Position numbers and translations under genes: made by a program. DNA of 63,694 nucleotides, counting the filler, from Porpidia crustulata (Eukaryota), in assembly GCA_964255105.1 (NCBI GenBank). It is 7 parts of 7 records of this genome, joined end to end, with 100 filler letters (N's around TTAATTAATTAA, not from the genome) between each part and the next. Parts side by side here need not be neighbours in the genome. Positions count along the whole stretch, not along the records: positions 45,579 to 54,586 come from CAXUWE010001012.1; positions 54,687 to 63,694 come from CAXUWE010001013.1; 5 more parts are not named here. One strand, written 5' to 3'. Positions 49,979-61,977 of the stretch are shown one piece after another. The notes beneath the pieces were generated by a model. The model ran no database searches and was not told the origin of the DNA. It saw only the letters and a program-made list of their open reading frames with translations. Each line of letters begins with the position of its first letter. Position 1 is the stretch's first letter.

Positions 49979-50311
49979 TCAAATGGCCTGAAGTCTTCTC
50001 TGGCGCTCGCTTCCCAGCTCATATATCTCTTTATCCAAAACCTTGATCATGTCGTACGACCGGTCGATGGAGGCGCGAAATTTGCTGCCTTCTCTTTGCC
50101 AGCGGCTGATCCGGTCTACCTCTGCGCTACGACGCCGCTGTTTCGTGTCGATCTTGTCGCAAAGCTTACATTTCTGGCTGACAGGGACAGTTTGCATAAT
50201 CAGTTTCATACCGCAAGTTTCACCTGTGCGGTACTCTCTGTTGCAATGCTGTCTAAAATGTCCCCACTTCCAGTCACCGCAAGCGAAACGATGTTGGTCG
50301 AAGAAACACAT
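49979..50311 (-). CDS. Small Cys-rich hypothetical protein (MC-type N-terminus plus coiled coil), 110 aa
   Basis: MCFFDQHRFACGDWKWGHFRQHCNREYRTGETCGMKL...CKLC followed by a heptad-like helix. The upstream in-frame ATG lies inside a GTAAGC...GCTAATAG intron. Confidence 0.75.
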   Translation of the reverse strand: MCFFDQHRFACGDWKWGHFRQHCNREYRTGETCGMKLIMQTVPVSQKCKLCDKIDTKQRRRSAEVDRISRWQREGSKFRASIDRSYDMIKVLDKEIYELGSERQRRLQAI

Positions 50312-53280
50312 TTTCGAGACTTTCTGGTCCAATCTTTCATCTATTAGCAAACTCCCCCGAACTCCAAGCGGAGCCCCCATGCTTACGAATAAGGAATATT
50401 CTCTACGAATTGTTGGCTTTCGGTGTTCGAGGAAATTTGGTAACGTTTGACGAGCTAAGCTCTGCGGCTAATGTTAGCTGATGGTATTCGTTTATATCCA
50501 GTGTTTAGTACAAACCAAGTGTACGTGTGACGAACGGCTCGATACAAGTCGTCAGATATGTCGAAGATGTATAAGAATCAGGGAGTACTGAATGGCTGGG
50601 CTTCTGGATCTTGAATGTTGAGCGCGAGTCGAAACACTGGAGGGGCATCAGCGCGATATTTATGTGTCGAGGGCATCACAGTTGATTTGACTCCATGGCC
50701 CTGCTCGCGTTCTTATCTGGCATCAAAGATACGGGTCTACGATTGACTACAGCAAATTCCCTTTCCAGAGCTTTCAGTTTGTTTGCCGGCCAACACATCC
50801 ACCAATCGATATGGTCCAGATTCATCGATCGACGGTCACAATCATTTGCAACCTGCGTGGGACATGTGAGAAGTGGTGCATTGAGCAATGATAACCAACG
50901 AATACGTATAACGGCGCCGATCTCCGGATAAAACATGGTACGAGGTTTGGCAGATATCTCATTGTGTCCAGTCACCTGCTCTACAGCTATCGGTTGCTTG
51001 ATTTTCCTCTTCTCAAGTCATCGTTCCGGCACCACGCTATCGTTTTTCCCATCCTTGCTACATGCAGGCCGCTCACCGTGTATTTGTCACATGAGCTTCA
51101 GCTCTTCCGTCAGTCTCCCGCCTTAGCTTCTCAAGGTATTCCTATCATTAGACCATAACACTCGAGGATATTTGGGCTTATTGCCATGTTCCGCCATTTC
51201 TTTACTAGTTACATGATCCGTAGCCAGCTGAGCTGCCAGGGATTGGTCTTGAACATCTTCTATGAGAATACGACGGATTTCTGCTCGATTATTGGATTCC
51301 ATGTTGCACAGATTTTCTCAAGCCGCTCTTATTTGTCTCGTCAGCTTTCCAGGGTGTCCACATTTCCCAATTGCGGGGCGTTCAAACTTGTACTCGATTA
51401 TCTAGTGGATTTTCAGAGCTAGTGATCCCCTTGGAAATCAAGTCCTCATTTTCACTCAGCCTTCACCCTCGAACTAAGAATTTGAGGTGTTGCAGCAGGG
51501 TGGATGCCCGGACTACCATCCGACTCGTCGAGGCGTGAGTCTGGTTTTTCTTCGGCTTTTACAACCCCACTCACACCGTTGATCTTGTCTTTTCTGTGCC
51601 ACCATGACATCAATTTTGTGTCTTCCGTGACCTCCGCACCCCAGCACATTCCATTGAATTTGTACGACTTTGGCTAAGGATACGCTGGCGGGCATCAGAC
51701 TTCTAGCTATCACTGGGATTAGCCTACATCGATGCTCTACTGCATGCCAAGGGTCCATATCACAATGCAAGGCGCCGGATATCCAGACACCGGCATACCT
51801 TCACTCTTGTCTACATCTCCGGACATACGTCGCCCTCTGCAGGCAACCACACATCCTGCACCCTGGGTTTCAGTTCATAGGAAGACCACGTCGTCGACTA
51901 GCCAATGCTGGATAGCAAGCCTTGAACACGGCACAAGGCTATGGCTGGCTGAAAAGCCCTTTGTTGACATCGTCGATCTTCATGTCACGTCAGCCTCGAG
52001 GGAGCCCCCAACCGGCTGAAGGCACCAACACATACGAAATGCCGAGCACAAGCAGCACAGGAAGTTGCCAAGTTTAGATATCATCTTACCACCATGCCCG
52101 TTAGCTCGTTTGGCCCCTATCACAATATTATTGAATAGCGCACCATTGTGGCAGGAAACAACAGACAATGTAACCAATAATATCAACGCGATCGCGTCAA
52201 CATTTGCCTCACATTTTCATGCGATCTATTTATCATTTACGAAGAATAACCAGATTTTCGAATCTTCGCAATGTTCTCTGACGTTAGAATATCCTATATG
52301 CACTTAACTATATGCACGTATGTTCCACCACAACGTCCGTACCCAACAGCTGGGACTCTCAAACTCACGGGAGCAGGATTTAATGCGTGCGCGAGAGGAG
52401 ATGAACGCGGACCGTCAACAAATGAAGTGCCAGCAGAAGCCCATGCAGAAATTAAAAGTTTAAGCGTGTTGATGGATTATGAAGCTCTGCGAGTTGATTG
52501 GATCCACAACGCCATGCAGCGTTCGGCACATGTGCACCAATCAGCCTCAACGCTACGCGCTAACCCTTATCTTCGTCCCCCTCAGGGATCTGGACGGTGG
52601 ATCAAATATCAAGTCTCAAGAACAGCCGTATAGGTGGTTTTTCAGATGAAGAACCAAGCATCAGCACTGGTCACTGTGCTTATTTCCGGCCCTTGCGAAC
52701 ATGTCGAAGTCTGTTTCCAGCCCTCTCCCAAGTCCACCACTTAGTCGGTCACATGAAGCCAGGGGACGTATGAGGACCTCCCACGCCTTGCTGTCATGTG
52801 TCATCAGTAAGAGCGGACGCAAAGCATAGCCTGTCAAACTCCATCTGGTTGCTTGTCAGGTTGCCTATACGGTTGGATTGCAGACTTCGTGTCAATCACG
52901 TGACTTGACGAGATATCTACACACCCTCATACCACAATCCAATCTTTTCATCAAGGTTTCTCACGATACGTTTCAAGGATATGCTCATTTTCGCACACGT
53001 CAGTAAAGTTCTTGATAAAGCAAGGGTTGGCTATCACATGGGGATGCATGGTTTCTCAAACTACCATCAGCGATGGTGTTTCTGGCACTTCGAATTCAGC
53101 TTTGAGTTTTGGATCTATTACGCATCTAAACTGGCCATGTACACAAACTCGGATTGAAGAAAGTACCCTTGACAGTAGCAACCATCAAAGACCAGATCTG
53201 CTATTCCACTTCTGGGGAGGTTCCATATCAAAACCAACTGCACCAGGGGCCTTTTTCAAGGTCAATACCATCCCCAAGAC

Positions 53281-53592
53281 CTAGATCCGCGTCACCTCTC
53301 GCCGGTCTCCCCATTCTGTAGTCGCGACAACCGACTGGTATCCAACGGCTTTGGCCAGCATCGACGCCTCGGGGTGGTCCGGCTTGGGGGTTCCCTCGAC
53401 GCTCTTGATAAAGCCAGATTGGGCGCAATCGGCACAACAATCCATCATTCGCTCAAAAAAGATGTCTCCGAATTCGTTCCTAACTTCTGCCACTGTCGGT
53501 ACGCAAATTTCCGTGGGGGAGTCGCAGGGTTTGACTAATTTCATGGAATTGTGGGTGCAGACCAAGTATTTTCCGGCGTGATACCAGCACAT
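53281..53592 (-). CDS. Small Cys-rich hypothetical protein (MC-type N-terminus), 103 aa
   Basis: MCWYHAGKYLVCTHNSMKLVKPC...C...CCADC. ATG is in a GCCATG context. Confidence 0.55.
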   Translation of the reverse strand: MCWYHAGKYLVCTHNSMKLVKPCDSPTEICVPTVAEVRNEFGDIFFERMMDCCADCAQSGFIKSVEGTPKPDHPEASMLAKAVGYQSVVATTEWGDRREVTRI

Positions 53593-54586
53593 GGCGACTG
53601 ACGTTGAATCCGAGGTTAGTCTTGTACTCTCTCACGAGATTCTCATGAGAACCGTGGGTCTATAAAAGAAGACTCACGTTGACTTTATCAGGGTTGAATT
53701 ATCCAATACTTTTTCGTAGGTTTGAGTAGGCTTTTGATAGATGTCGCATAGGAATTAAATTTTTCCAAAATTTGTCAAGATCAGTAGTTTTAGAAAGCGA
53801 CTGCATAGCTTCTAATCCCCAGAAACCCCGAGAAACGCGACCCTTTTATTGAAATCCTGCAGTCCAACCTCAATATGGAGTCCCAGTGAAGCCTCGTTCG
53901 CACGCGATATCTTCTTCTCCTCACATCACTGTCGCTCTATGAATAACTGTAAAACAATCCCATCCATTAACGCCTAGTTTAGGCCATCAAATTCCTACAG
54001 AATGGCGAAAACGGGGGGAGTGACGGGAAAGATTGATATTGAATTGAGAAGAAAATGCTAGTCGATATGCATGGAATACGCGGTGGGGAAGTCATGGCGT
54101 AAAAAACTGGAAATGTGGTGACAATTTTTTTATTGAAGGGTTTGGAGGATGATAAGGAAGCGTCGTGATGAAGTTGGTACTTGCTACGTGTTGGGCCATC
54201 AATTATCCCACGGATAAGGTTATTCTTAAAACGACGGTGAGAACGTAGACGGACATTCAAGCAATTAATCCGAGGAGTAAATTTGCTAGTGAGTAAATAG
54301 GAAGATAGATAGGTACCTAGGCACCTAAGTAACTCGAACCCCATTCATCGATCCCTGGAAACCCCCACAAACGCTCTTTCCCATCCAGCGCCTCTTTCTA
54401 GATCTTTACAATTACATGAAAGAAATAGCATTAGAAACGATCCTTCGTGTTGCCATGCATTGTCTTCTTGCGTGAATTGCCCTCACTCGACTATCATCCG
54501 CCTTCGTCGTCGTCTCTGTTGCGTAGATGTATCTTGATTCGCTCTTGGTGATTCCAAGCCTCAAAGCGGCGTGGGATGGGGGGAGG

Positions 54587-54686
54587 NNNNNNNNNNNNNN
54601 NNNNNNNNNNNNNNNNNNNNNNNNNNNNNNTTAATTAATTAANNNNNNNNNNNNNNNNNNNNNNNNNNNNNNNNNNNNNNNNNNNN
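54587..54686. other. Artificial contig spacer
   Basis: N44-TTAATTAATTAA-N44. Confidence 0.97.
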
Positions 54687-56698
54687 GTGTTGGGCTGTCG
54701 TGGTGGTATTAGTGGCGCCTGGACTCGTTCTTGGGGTTTTTCGGTCTGCGCCTTAGCGTGAGCGAGGTCGTAGGAGAGGCCGATGCGGAGGAGTTTTTCC
54801 CGCCGGTCGAGCCAGTTGGACTTGATGACGTCTTCAACTTTGTCTTCTTCGTCGTCCCGGACGGCGGCCACTTTCAGGCGCACTTGGTATGTGCCGGCTT
54901 CCAAATCTAATTCGACGCTGACGGATCGGCGAGTGTATTCTTCGCCGCCGCTCGAGAGGAGATAATCCTCCTCGCCGGACCTGTACAATTCGAAGGATAT
55001 TTGAAAGGTGTATTGGCCGGCCAAACCGCGAAAGTACCGCTCGTCTAGCTGCGAAAGAATAATCACCGTTGGAGCTGCTTTTGCTATTTCGACTTTGAAC
55101 CCAACGTCTTGGTAGTTCCCGGCCCAGGGTACCACCAAGCTGGTCCATCGCTGGGTGACGTTCCAGTCCGCGGAAAACAATCTCGTTTGATAAAGGACTT
55201 CAAATTTTCGCAGGAAATCTTCATAGCGGATCCAGAAGACGCCATCATTGCCAAAAACGTGACCGAGATCTTTGATAGCTTCGGCTGTCCATTGGCTGGA
55301 TCCATCGCTCCAGGGGCCATTCCACTCTTCACGTCCCCACGGGTTCATGATCATTAGAAGCCGTTCGCCACGGTAACATACGGCTTTCAATATCGAGTAG
55401 GCATGGTCGCCATAGATACCGTCTCGACCTTCAGTGTAGGGATCATCCAAGGAATAGGTGGAGCAACCGAAAAGAAATTCGTCGTTGACTTTGCACAGAC
55501 CTTCATGCCAGAGTCTGTTCTTACTCAGAACACTTTTCGTGTAGATAGATTTTGAAATGCCACCCGTTAGATCTTCAACGCTATTGCTGGGCTAGGTGTT
55601 AGAATAGTTTCCAATTCCACACAAACATGTTCTCTTACCCAAAAACTCCACTGGTAATTGAAATGTAATCTCCATGAGCTTTGGCATAAGCCTTCTCAAG
55701 CAGCGGCACCCAGGTCTCATCCGGGTGCGAGCTATGTGCATAAACAAGCGCCCTCGAATTAGTTTGAAAACATTTCCGATAATCCTCAACCGCATCCAAA
55801 TGAACCCGGTTGTCCTCCCAGGTAGCTCTTTCTCTCTTACCCAAGATATCATACTCGGCGGTCCTAAGGTAAAGTTTGTCGTCCACAATGACATGAGTCC
55901 ACAGACCATCCCGGAAGAATAAAAATCCATAAACCCCTACTTCTTCATCCCGATTGACGCATATCCTCTGGATCAGATCTTGCGTGGGCCGGCAGTTCCG
56001 TATGGTAGATAGCGCAGCAACGAACCAGCACGTTGAGCCGTCACCTTGGTGGATATTCTTGGCAGCAGTCTCTTCGACGAAGAACCGCGGATTGTCAAAG
56101 ATCTCGTCGATCCTCTTGACAGAAGCAGGATCTCGTAGCAGCGAAGTCAAAGAGGGAGACCGGTTGGAAAATTTTGGAGGCGACGGCGATCGTTCTCTCG
56201 CTATGGCATGTAACTTACGAGTAGATTCATATTGGTCGTTGAGGTTAAAGTTGGTGTCGCTATATTTTAGATTTTTGTGTTGACATTCCCTTACGATTCG
56301 GGCAATTTCTGCACTACAAGCTGTCTTCGCTTCTTCGTAAGATGTTGAAACGCTCGTTGTTGGAATGTTGCCGCTCGAGAGTGATCGTTTTGGGATCGGA
56401 GCAGAGCCATGAAGTGGCAATATCGTTGAAGCTGCAGCAAATTAATCTTACGAATGAAAACAGTACATTTATGAGCAGGACTCTAGCAGGAAGCGGTGTA
56501 AAATCAAGTCGACAGGTTCTAAAGCATTACAATCCACACGATTGAAGGCAATGCATAATCTTGAGATCAAACACGTCCCGATTTCAAAAACAAACCAAAC
56601 AGTAGAAACTTAGACTCACCTTTGACCTCTGACCTCCCAGACCCCACCTTCTTCCTCCAAAAGCCCTCAATAATCTCCTGAGACGTCACCGCCAACAT
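54687..56698 (-). CDS. Calpain-like cysteine protease (peptidase C2), 3' end truncated
   Basis: Catalytic triad motifs QGDGSTCWFVAAL (Cys), HAYSIL (His), NPWG (Asn), plus WVPLLEKAYAKAHG and a domain-III-like VIILSQLDERYF. Exon 1 MLAVTSQEIIEGFWRKK... (56698-56620) splices to ASTILP. Confidence 0.9.
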
Positions 56699-57405
56699 AA
56701 TGCTTTGATCTCGAGTAACACAGACATCTCAACCTCCCTCCAGATATAATTCTCATGAAGATTCAAAATGCCCAATGATGACTCAAAAATAGTTCGTATT
56801 AGCGTCAGCAGCCATCTTCTCTCGAATCCTTATCCCAAGAGCCTGCATGATGAGGCTGAGTAGGCAGATAGTCCCAAGTATCGCTGCAGGCAGCCATGTC
56901 GTGTCGGGCTGATTGGACCTATAATTTGCGCTGCGTGGATAGGAGGGTACACATCTGTACGACGCGGTTCAGCTGTTCGCGCATATTTGCCTAGTTGAGA
57001 GCGTGCTTCTGCCTGACAATAAGGGCAACCTGCTAGGTGCGTTGGGGTGCTGAGGCTGAGCATCCGAGTGCCACACTGCCACTTGGAATTAGTAGTCTCA
57101 CAACAGCCCGAGGGCCTTTATTCTCACTGTCCTTCAACTTTGATTACACGAAGAAGTGTCTGGTGCGATGTTGCCGGAATGCAGACATGAATTTGTAGAC
57201 AGAGCATGAACATTCGTGGCTACAATAAAGGGCACATCGCTTTGCAAGCCAAATACGAGAACAGCTGCAGGACCATCATTGCAACTCCGCATTTCTATTT
57301 CGTAGAGACGTCTATGTGGACATAAATCATCAATTAACACCGTTTTAGAGGTATCTAACTACTCTCTCCACGGCCAATTGCGTCAACAAATCATGCCTGG
57401 TTCAT

Positions 57406-59231
57406 CTAATCCCGAAATTCATTCATGAACTTCTTATGGAATTCCGTAATCCTTGCCACCCATTCCGTTCCTGGAGCCAGAAAGGTCGTCCTGAAGTGGA
57501 GCGTCCCTTCTTTCTGCCCAAAACCTGATCCAGGGACTACACAGATTCCCGTGGAATCGAGCAGTCGGAAGCAGTAGAACTCATCTGCTTGACGGCCCTC
57601 TTTTTTGGCCTGCTCGATCGCCTTCTTTGGAATCGTAATGGTTGGGAATAGATACATTGAGCCCTATCAGCTTGTTAGATAATAGATGCTTGGTGAAAGC
57701 TCAAAGATCAGTGCTTACCTGTGGGGTCTGACACTCCACACCTTCCATTTGCTTGAAAGCGTCGTAGAGTGCCGTTGCTCTTTTCTGCAGCCCTTGAGAT
57801 ATACTATCATATTCTTCCTTGTAAAGGGGAAAGCTCGGATCTCCTTCTTTCGGTGGATTCACTTGCATCTCAACTAGACACTGGCCAATGACAGGTGCGC
57901 AGAGCATAATGCTGACGAATTTGTAGACCTGAGCTGCAACTTCCGGGTCAAACCCAACTAGCTCAAAGTAACCTCCTCGATGACCGCACTCGCCTACCAT
58001 GCCCTTGGATATACTATTGAGAGACGCGACTTCCAGGTTCTCATATTTTTTCGGCACTTCCTTCTGTAAATCGCGTAGACCCTTCTTGAAGGACGTAAAC
58101 TTTCCGATGAAAACGTTAGTTTGGTAGACTTCATCGGCCAAGACAACAAGCTTCTCTTCTGCAGCAAATTTCAACACATTGCGTATGTCCTCCGCCGATA
58201 GACTTGCACCGGTAGGGTTCCCCGGGTTGATGACAACGATGGCTCTCACGTCAGTCCCCTCAGATTGAGCTTTCCTATATGCTTCGCGAATGGCATTCAT
58301 ATCGGTTCCCCATGCTTTATGTTCATCCAAGTAATACGGCACACAACGAGCATTCATCAGTGCAAGTGTGGCCGTGTACAGAGGGTACTGCGGTATTGGG
58401 ACAAGGATCCCTGTTTTAGGGGTTGCGCAGATAACGTTCATCAGCGTATTGACCCCGGACGATGCACCTGCACTCAGGAAAATCGATCCAGGGTCTGCTG
58501 GGTAGCCATCTCGTTTTTCAATGTATTTAGCCACGCTCCCTCTTATGCCAGGTACGCCTTGACTTTGACTGTATGCCCCGACGCTATGCACTTCTTTTAA
58601 CAACCATTTGGCCCTCTCGATAACATCTTGTTCGTAACCAAACGCACTCTTTAAGGCTTTCTCATTCTCCAATAGCGGTGGATACTCCAGTATACTGAGA
58701 ACTTGACGGAAGAATGTTATTGGCTTCTGGTCGAGCTGCTGAGGATTACCAATGTTGGCAGAGATGATCTTGTCGAATGGCAGTGGCTCTTCCGGTGGCG
58801 TCGGAGGTCGCCCTTTCTGAAGTTGAGCTCTGTATTTCTCTGACCTGGTGGCAAGTTCACCACGCACAGCATACTTTGCCTCCTTCACATGAGGATTAAT
58901 ATTGTCAATATTTAGACTTCGTACCTTCGCAGTCGAGGACATGGTGCGTCGGAAAGGTACGAAAGATTGATATGACCGAGAGAATGTTCCTAGGTTGAGA
59001 TTAGTTGAAGAGTACCACGCAAACCATTGTGGGAGCTCTTTCGCGGACAAAAGACTCGCGATCCAAAAGATAGAAAGTGGACAGTGATGGAGGCTCCCGT
59101 GGGCATTTACCTGGTAGTAGGAGTTGACGTACGTTTGGCACTTTAGTGACAGTTCGAAGTTCTTGACGGACGTTTACAGCTAGAAATTCGGCTCCAGGGT
59201 AGAGATTTAAAGCAATCTTCGTAGACATCAT
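57406..59231 (-). CDS. ALT1: Alanine aminotransferase (PLP-dependent)
   Basis: YAVRGEL, ANIGNPQQL, VINPGNPTG, LADEVYQ and PLP lysine SISKGMVGECGHRGG. Upstream exon 59231-59111 joins via intron 59110-58990; second in-frame ATG at 58942. Confidence 0.93.
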
Positions 59232-60066
59232 CAACGATAGTCAACCGAGGGCGCCTGGAGCGATGATCTCTTTAGCGCCCTCGATAGGGCCGAGATTTTT
59301 TCTTTTTTCTCTCGAAGCAATCGTTTTCAGACCATTATCAAGAAAATGTGTTATCGTGATGAAAAAGCAAGTCCATCACACGGTGAGCTCCACTTGGACG
59401 TAACGAGCTTGGTAGCTCGAGCTTTGGCCTCGCATTGCCGAGCCCTAATCCCTCGCTCAATTACGCCGCAAGCGCTGAAACTGTCATAAAGAGCTTCAGA
59501 CGTCAATGCCTCACAATCTACACGAGCTAGTCATCAATGTTAAATCCGTCTCTATATATCAACCCGTCTTTAACGAGCAGAGAGTCAACTCGCTCATGCT
59601 TTTTTCTTAATCGAAGAGCTTCTACTTGTCAAGAGCGAGATGGCATACAGAGACGGAATGGACATCAATGACTAGCGCTGGCGTATGGTGAGGCATTAGA
59701 GACTAATGCTTATCATTGAATGGGAAAGGGCTTCACCGGTCCATTTTAGCTGGGAGTGTGTCAGGGGGTTTTTCGAATGAAATAGAATTACAAGTCGAGA
59801 GCGTGGTCAGGATTTGCAGCATGCCAACAGTGTAAAAGCCTTGGAGTCCGTACGACGGCCTAGATGCTGACATCCAAATGCTTGATATGTCATATAATTC
59901 TAGATGGCTGCTGAATACTCTAGAGTAGTGTGACCTCGACAGGTTCACACCCTTGCCGTTGCTATCACCAACGGCAGCTCGGTCAAGTACGCAATACTGC
60001 TGTAAATTCCTCGCTGTCTATGATTATAGTACATGCCTGGACAGCCCTTCCCCAGGTCTAGCCTTC

Positions 60067-61645
60067 TCAGCCCCTTTCGCTACCTCTTAGCCGTACGGCT
60101 TGTCCATACTTTTGCAACTTCGTAATTAACCCATCCCCCTGTTTGACCACGTCGGTATATTGCTTATTCTTGTCATCTGGACGGTTTGTTTCAATGATTC
60201 CGTTGACGCGGTCGATGGTACAGGGGATGCGATCTGCGGCAATAAATTTGGCGAGATCACTAGCAAAAACATCAGCTAGGACATAACAATGAAGAACGTA
60301 GGACGACACAGGAACATACCGGTCTAAGAAATCAACAGTAATGCCAAAATCACTAGCCATGCTGGTGAGTCCTACAACCCTGTAGCTCTGTAGTAGCTGC
60401 TGATACCCTCTCAAGCGCATCTCACGTACAAACCACCCTCGATGTTCGTATAAGTACCGATCTTGGCTCAGGAAATCTTCTTCCACAGATGCCAGGGCAA
60501 GGAAGAAAGCCTGGTAATTGCAAACATAGAAGCTTCTTACCAGACCAGCTAGCGGGGTAAAATCGACAGGGGCTTCGACCTTTGCTGGACCATCACTCGA
60601 TGACCCTAGAGTGGTGAGGTTGACTGCAGCTGGTGCAGGTGTAGCTGTTGTTGTTGGGGGATCATCTCCCATCTGTTCGTCGCCAGCGCCAGGACCAGCT
60701 GAAGTAGCACCCGAGAGGGCCGCAAGCTTTTCTTCACCATCCCCTAAGATAGCTTTGATTTCAGGAGCGTCGAAGACTTTCGACTTAAAGTCAACACGCT
60801 TCAAAGATATTATGCCAGCAAGTACAGAGTAAACCACAAGGGAGGAGTAAGAACAAAGTTCATAGCTTGTGAATGTAGAAAGGCTGTCGAGGAGCAGAGA
60901 AGCAGCAAGACTGTAGGAGCGTGTAGTGAGAAGATGTAAGCCTTGGTAGGCTTTCAAACGATTCCGACGGTCCCAGTCACCACCACTCTCGACCAGAGCC
61001 CTTGCACGGTCGATATTCTTCTTCACAAAGATTTTGTCGCCAAAGAATATGCCGATACGAATTATTGCAAGGACAATGTCGATCTTGGTGCCGAGTATGC
61101 CTGTCTTCTCAAAAACAGCTTCGTAGGATGAGATGGCTTTTTCCTGGACAGATAGTCAGTCTTCATCGCATGCTTTGTTAAAGCTCTTTTCTTTGTACCT
61201 TATCGCCAACTCGAGCCCAAAATTCTGCCCTCTTCCCTTTAGCAGCTTGAACCTCAGTGTCCCCAGCTTTCTCCGCAGCCTCCTCCTCTTCTTTCTCGAA
61301 GGTCTCCAACTCCTTCTCATTTTCTGCCTTTAGCTTTTCAAAAAGCTGCTCATCCCACGGAAATTGGAAACCTTCTACACCAGCCGTTGAGTTCGAAGCT
61401 CCATTAGGTCTTCGCGACGCGGACATTCTTCTTGCCGAGCTCTCTCCAGCGGCGTTCAGGGAACCTTCAGTTGGATGTGCCAGATGGCGGTATAGAGGAG
61501 CCATCTTGTGTTCCGAGATAGCATCTTGAAGCTTTTTGAGAGATGTCTGCCGCGACGTGTCGGGAGCCGAGGGATTTGTAAGAGTGAAGATGTCCTGTGA
61601 GAGAGAAAGTTCAGGGTATTTGGCGAATTGTGGGTCTGAACCCAT
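60067..61645 (-). CDS. RPN7: 26S proteasome lid subunit Rpn7
   Basis: MGSDPQFAKYP..., KMAPLYRHL, GGDWDRRNRLKAY, REMRLRGYQQLLQSY and PCI end IDRVNGIIETNRPDDKN. Introns near 61146-61198 and at 60260-60319. Confidence 0.95.
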
Positions 61646-61977
61646 GGCGTAGGGATTTCTGTGGGAATGACAAGTTTGTGAGGAATTTATCAAGCTCTTT
61701 CGAACTAACTTTCACGCGATGGAATGCTTAAGTGATTGTAGAGGTGCCGTCTTTGGGACAATGATAGTTGATAGAACAGTCTCAAGGTGAGCATCAAAAG
61801 GCGGCAAACTCCGCTTGCAAGGATCCGAGGCTCAAGACCCGGGAATTACTTTATTGATCATCTTTGTGTTCCAGTACAGCTGAGTAGAGTGTACATCCTC
61901 GATTTTGCACCCACTTATCATGACATAAGCCATTGAACATCATGCGTTAGCTCATTTGATCGAACATCTCACTTGCA

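Noticed and set aside
50312..50380. N-terminal extension MGAPLGVRG... of the 133-aa ORF
   Set aside because: The ATG lies inside a canonical GTAAGC...GCTAATAG intron; the Met-Cys start at 50311 is more plausible.
48228..61645. Apparent proteolysis cluster (PRE9, calpain, RPN7)
   Set aside because: PRE9 is on a different contig, and the others are ordinary neighbours with no evidence of linkage.
61800..61808. GGCGGCAAA as an Rpn4/PACE-like site upstream of RPN7
   Set aside because: One mismatch from yeast GGTGGCAAA, not seen upstream of PRE9, and the same 9-mer occurs at 2916-2924 in a non-proteasome promoter.
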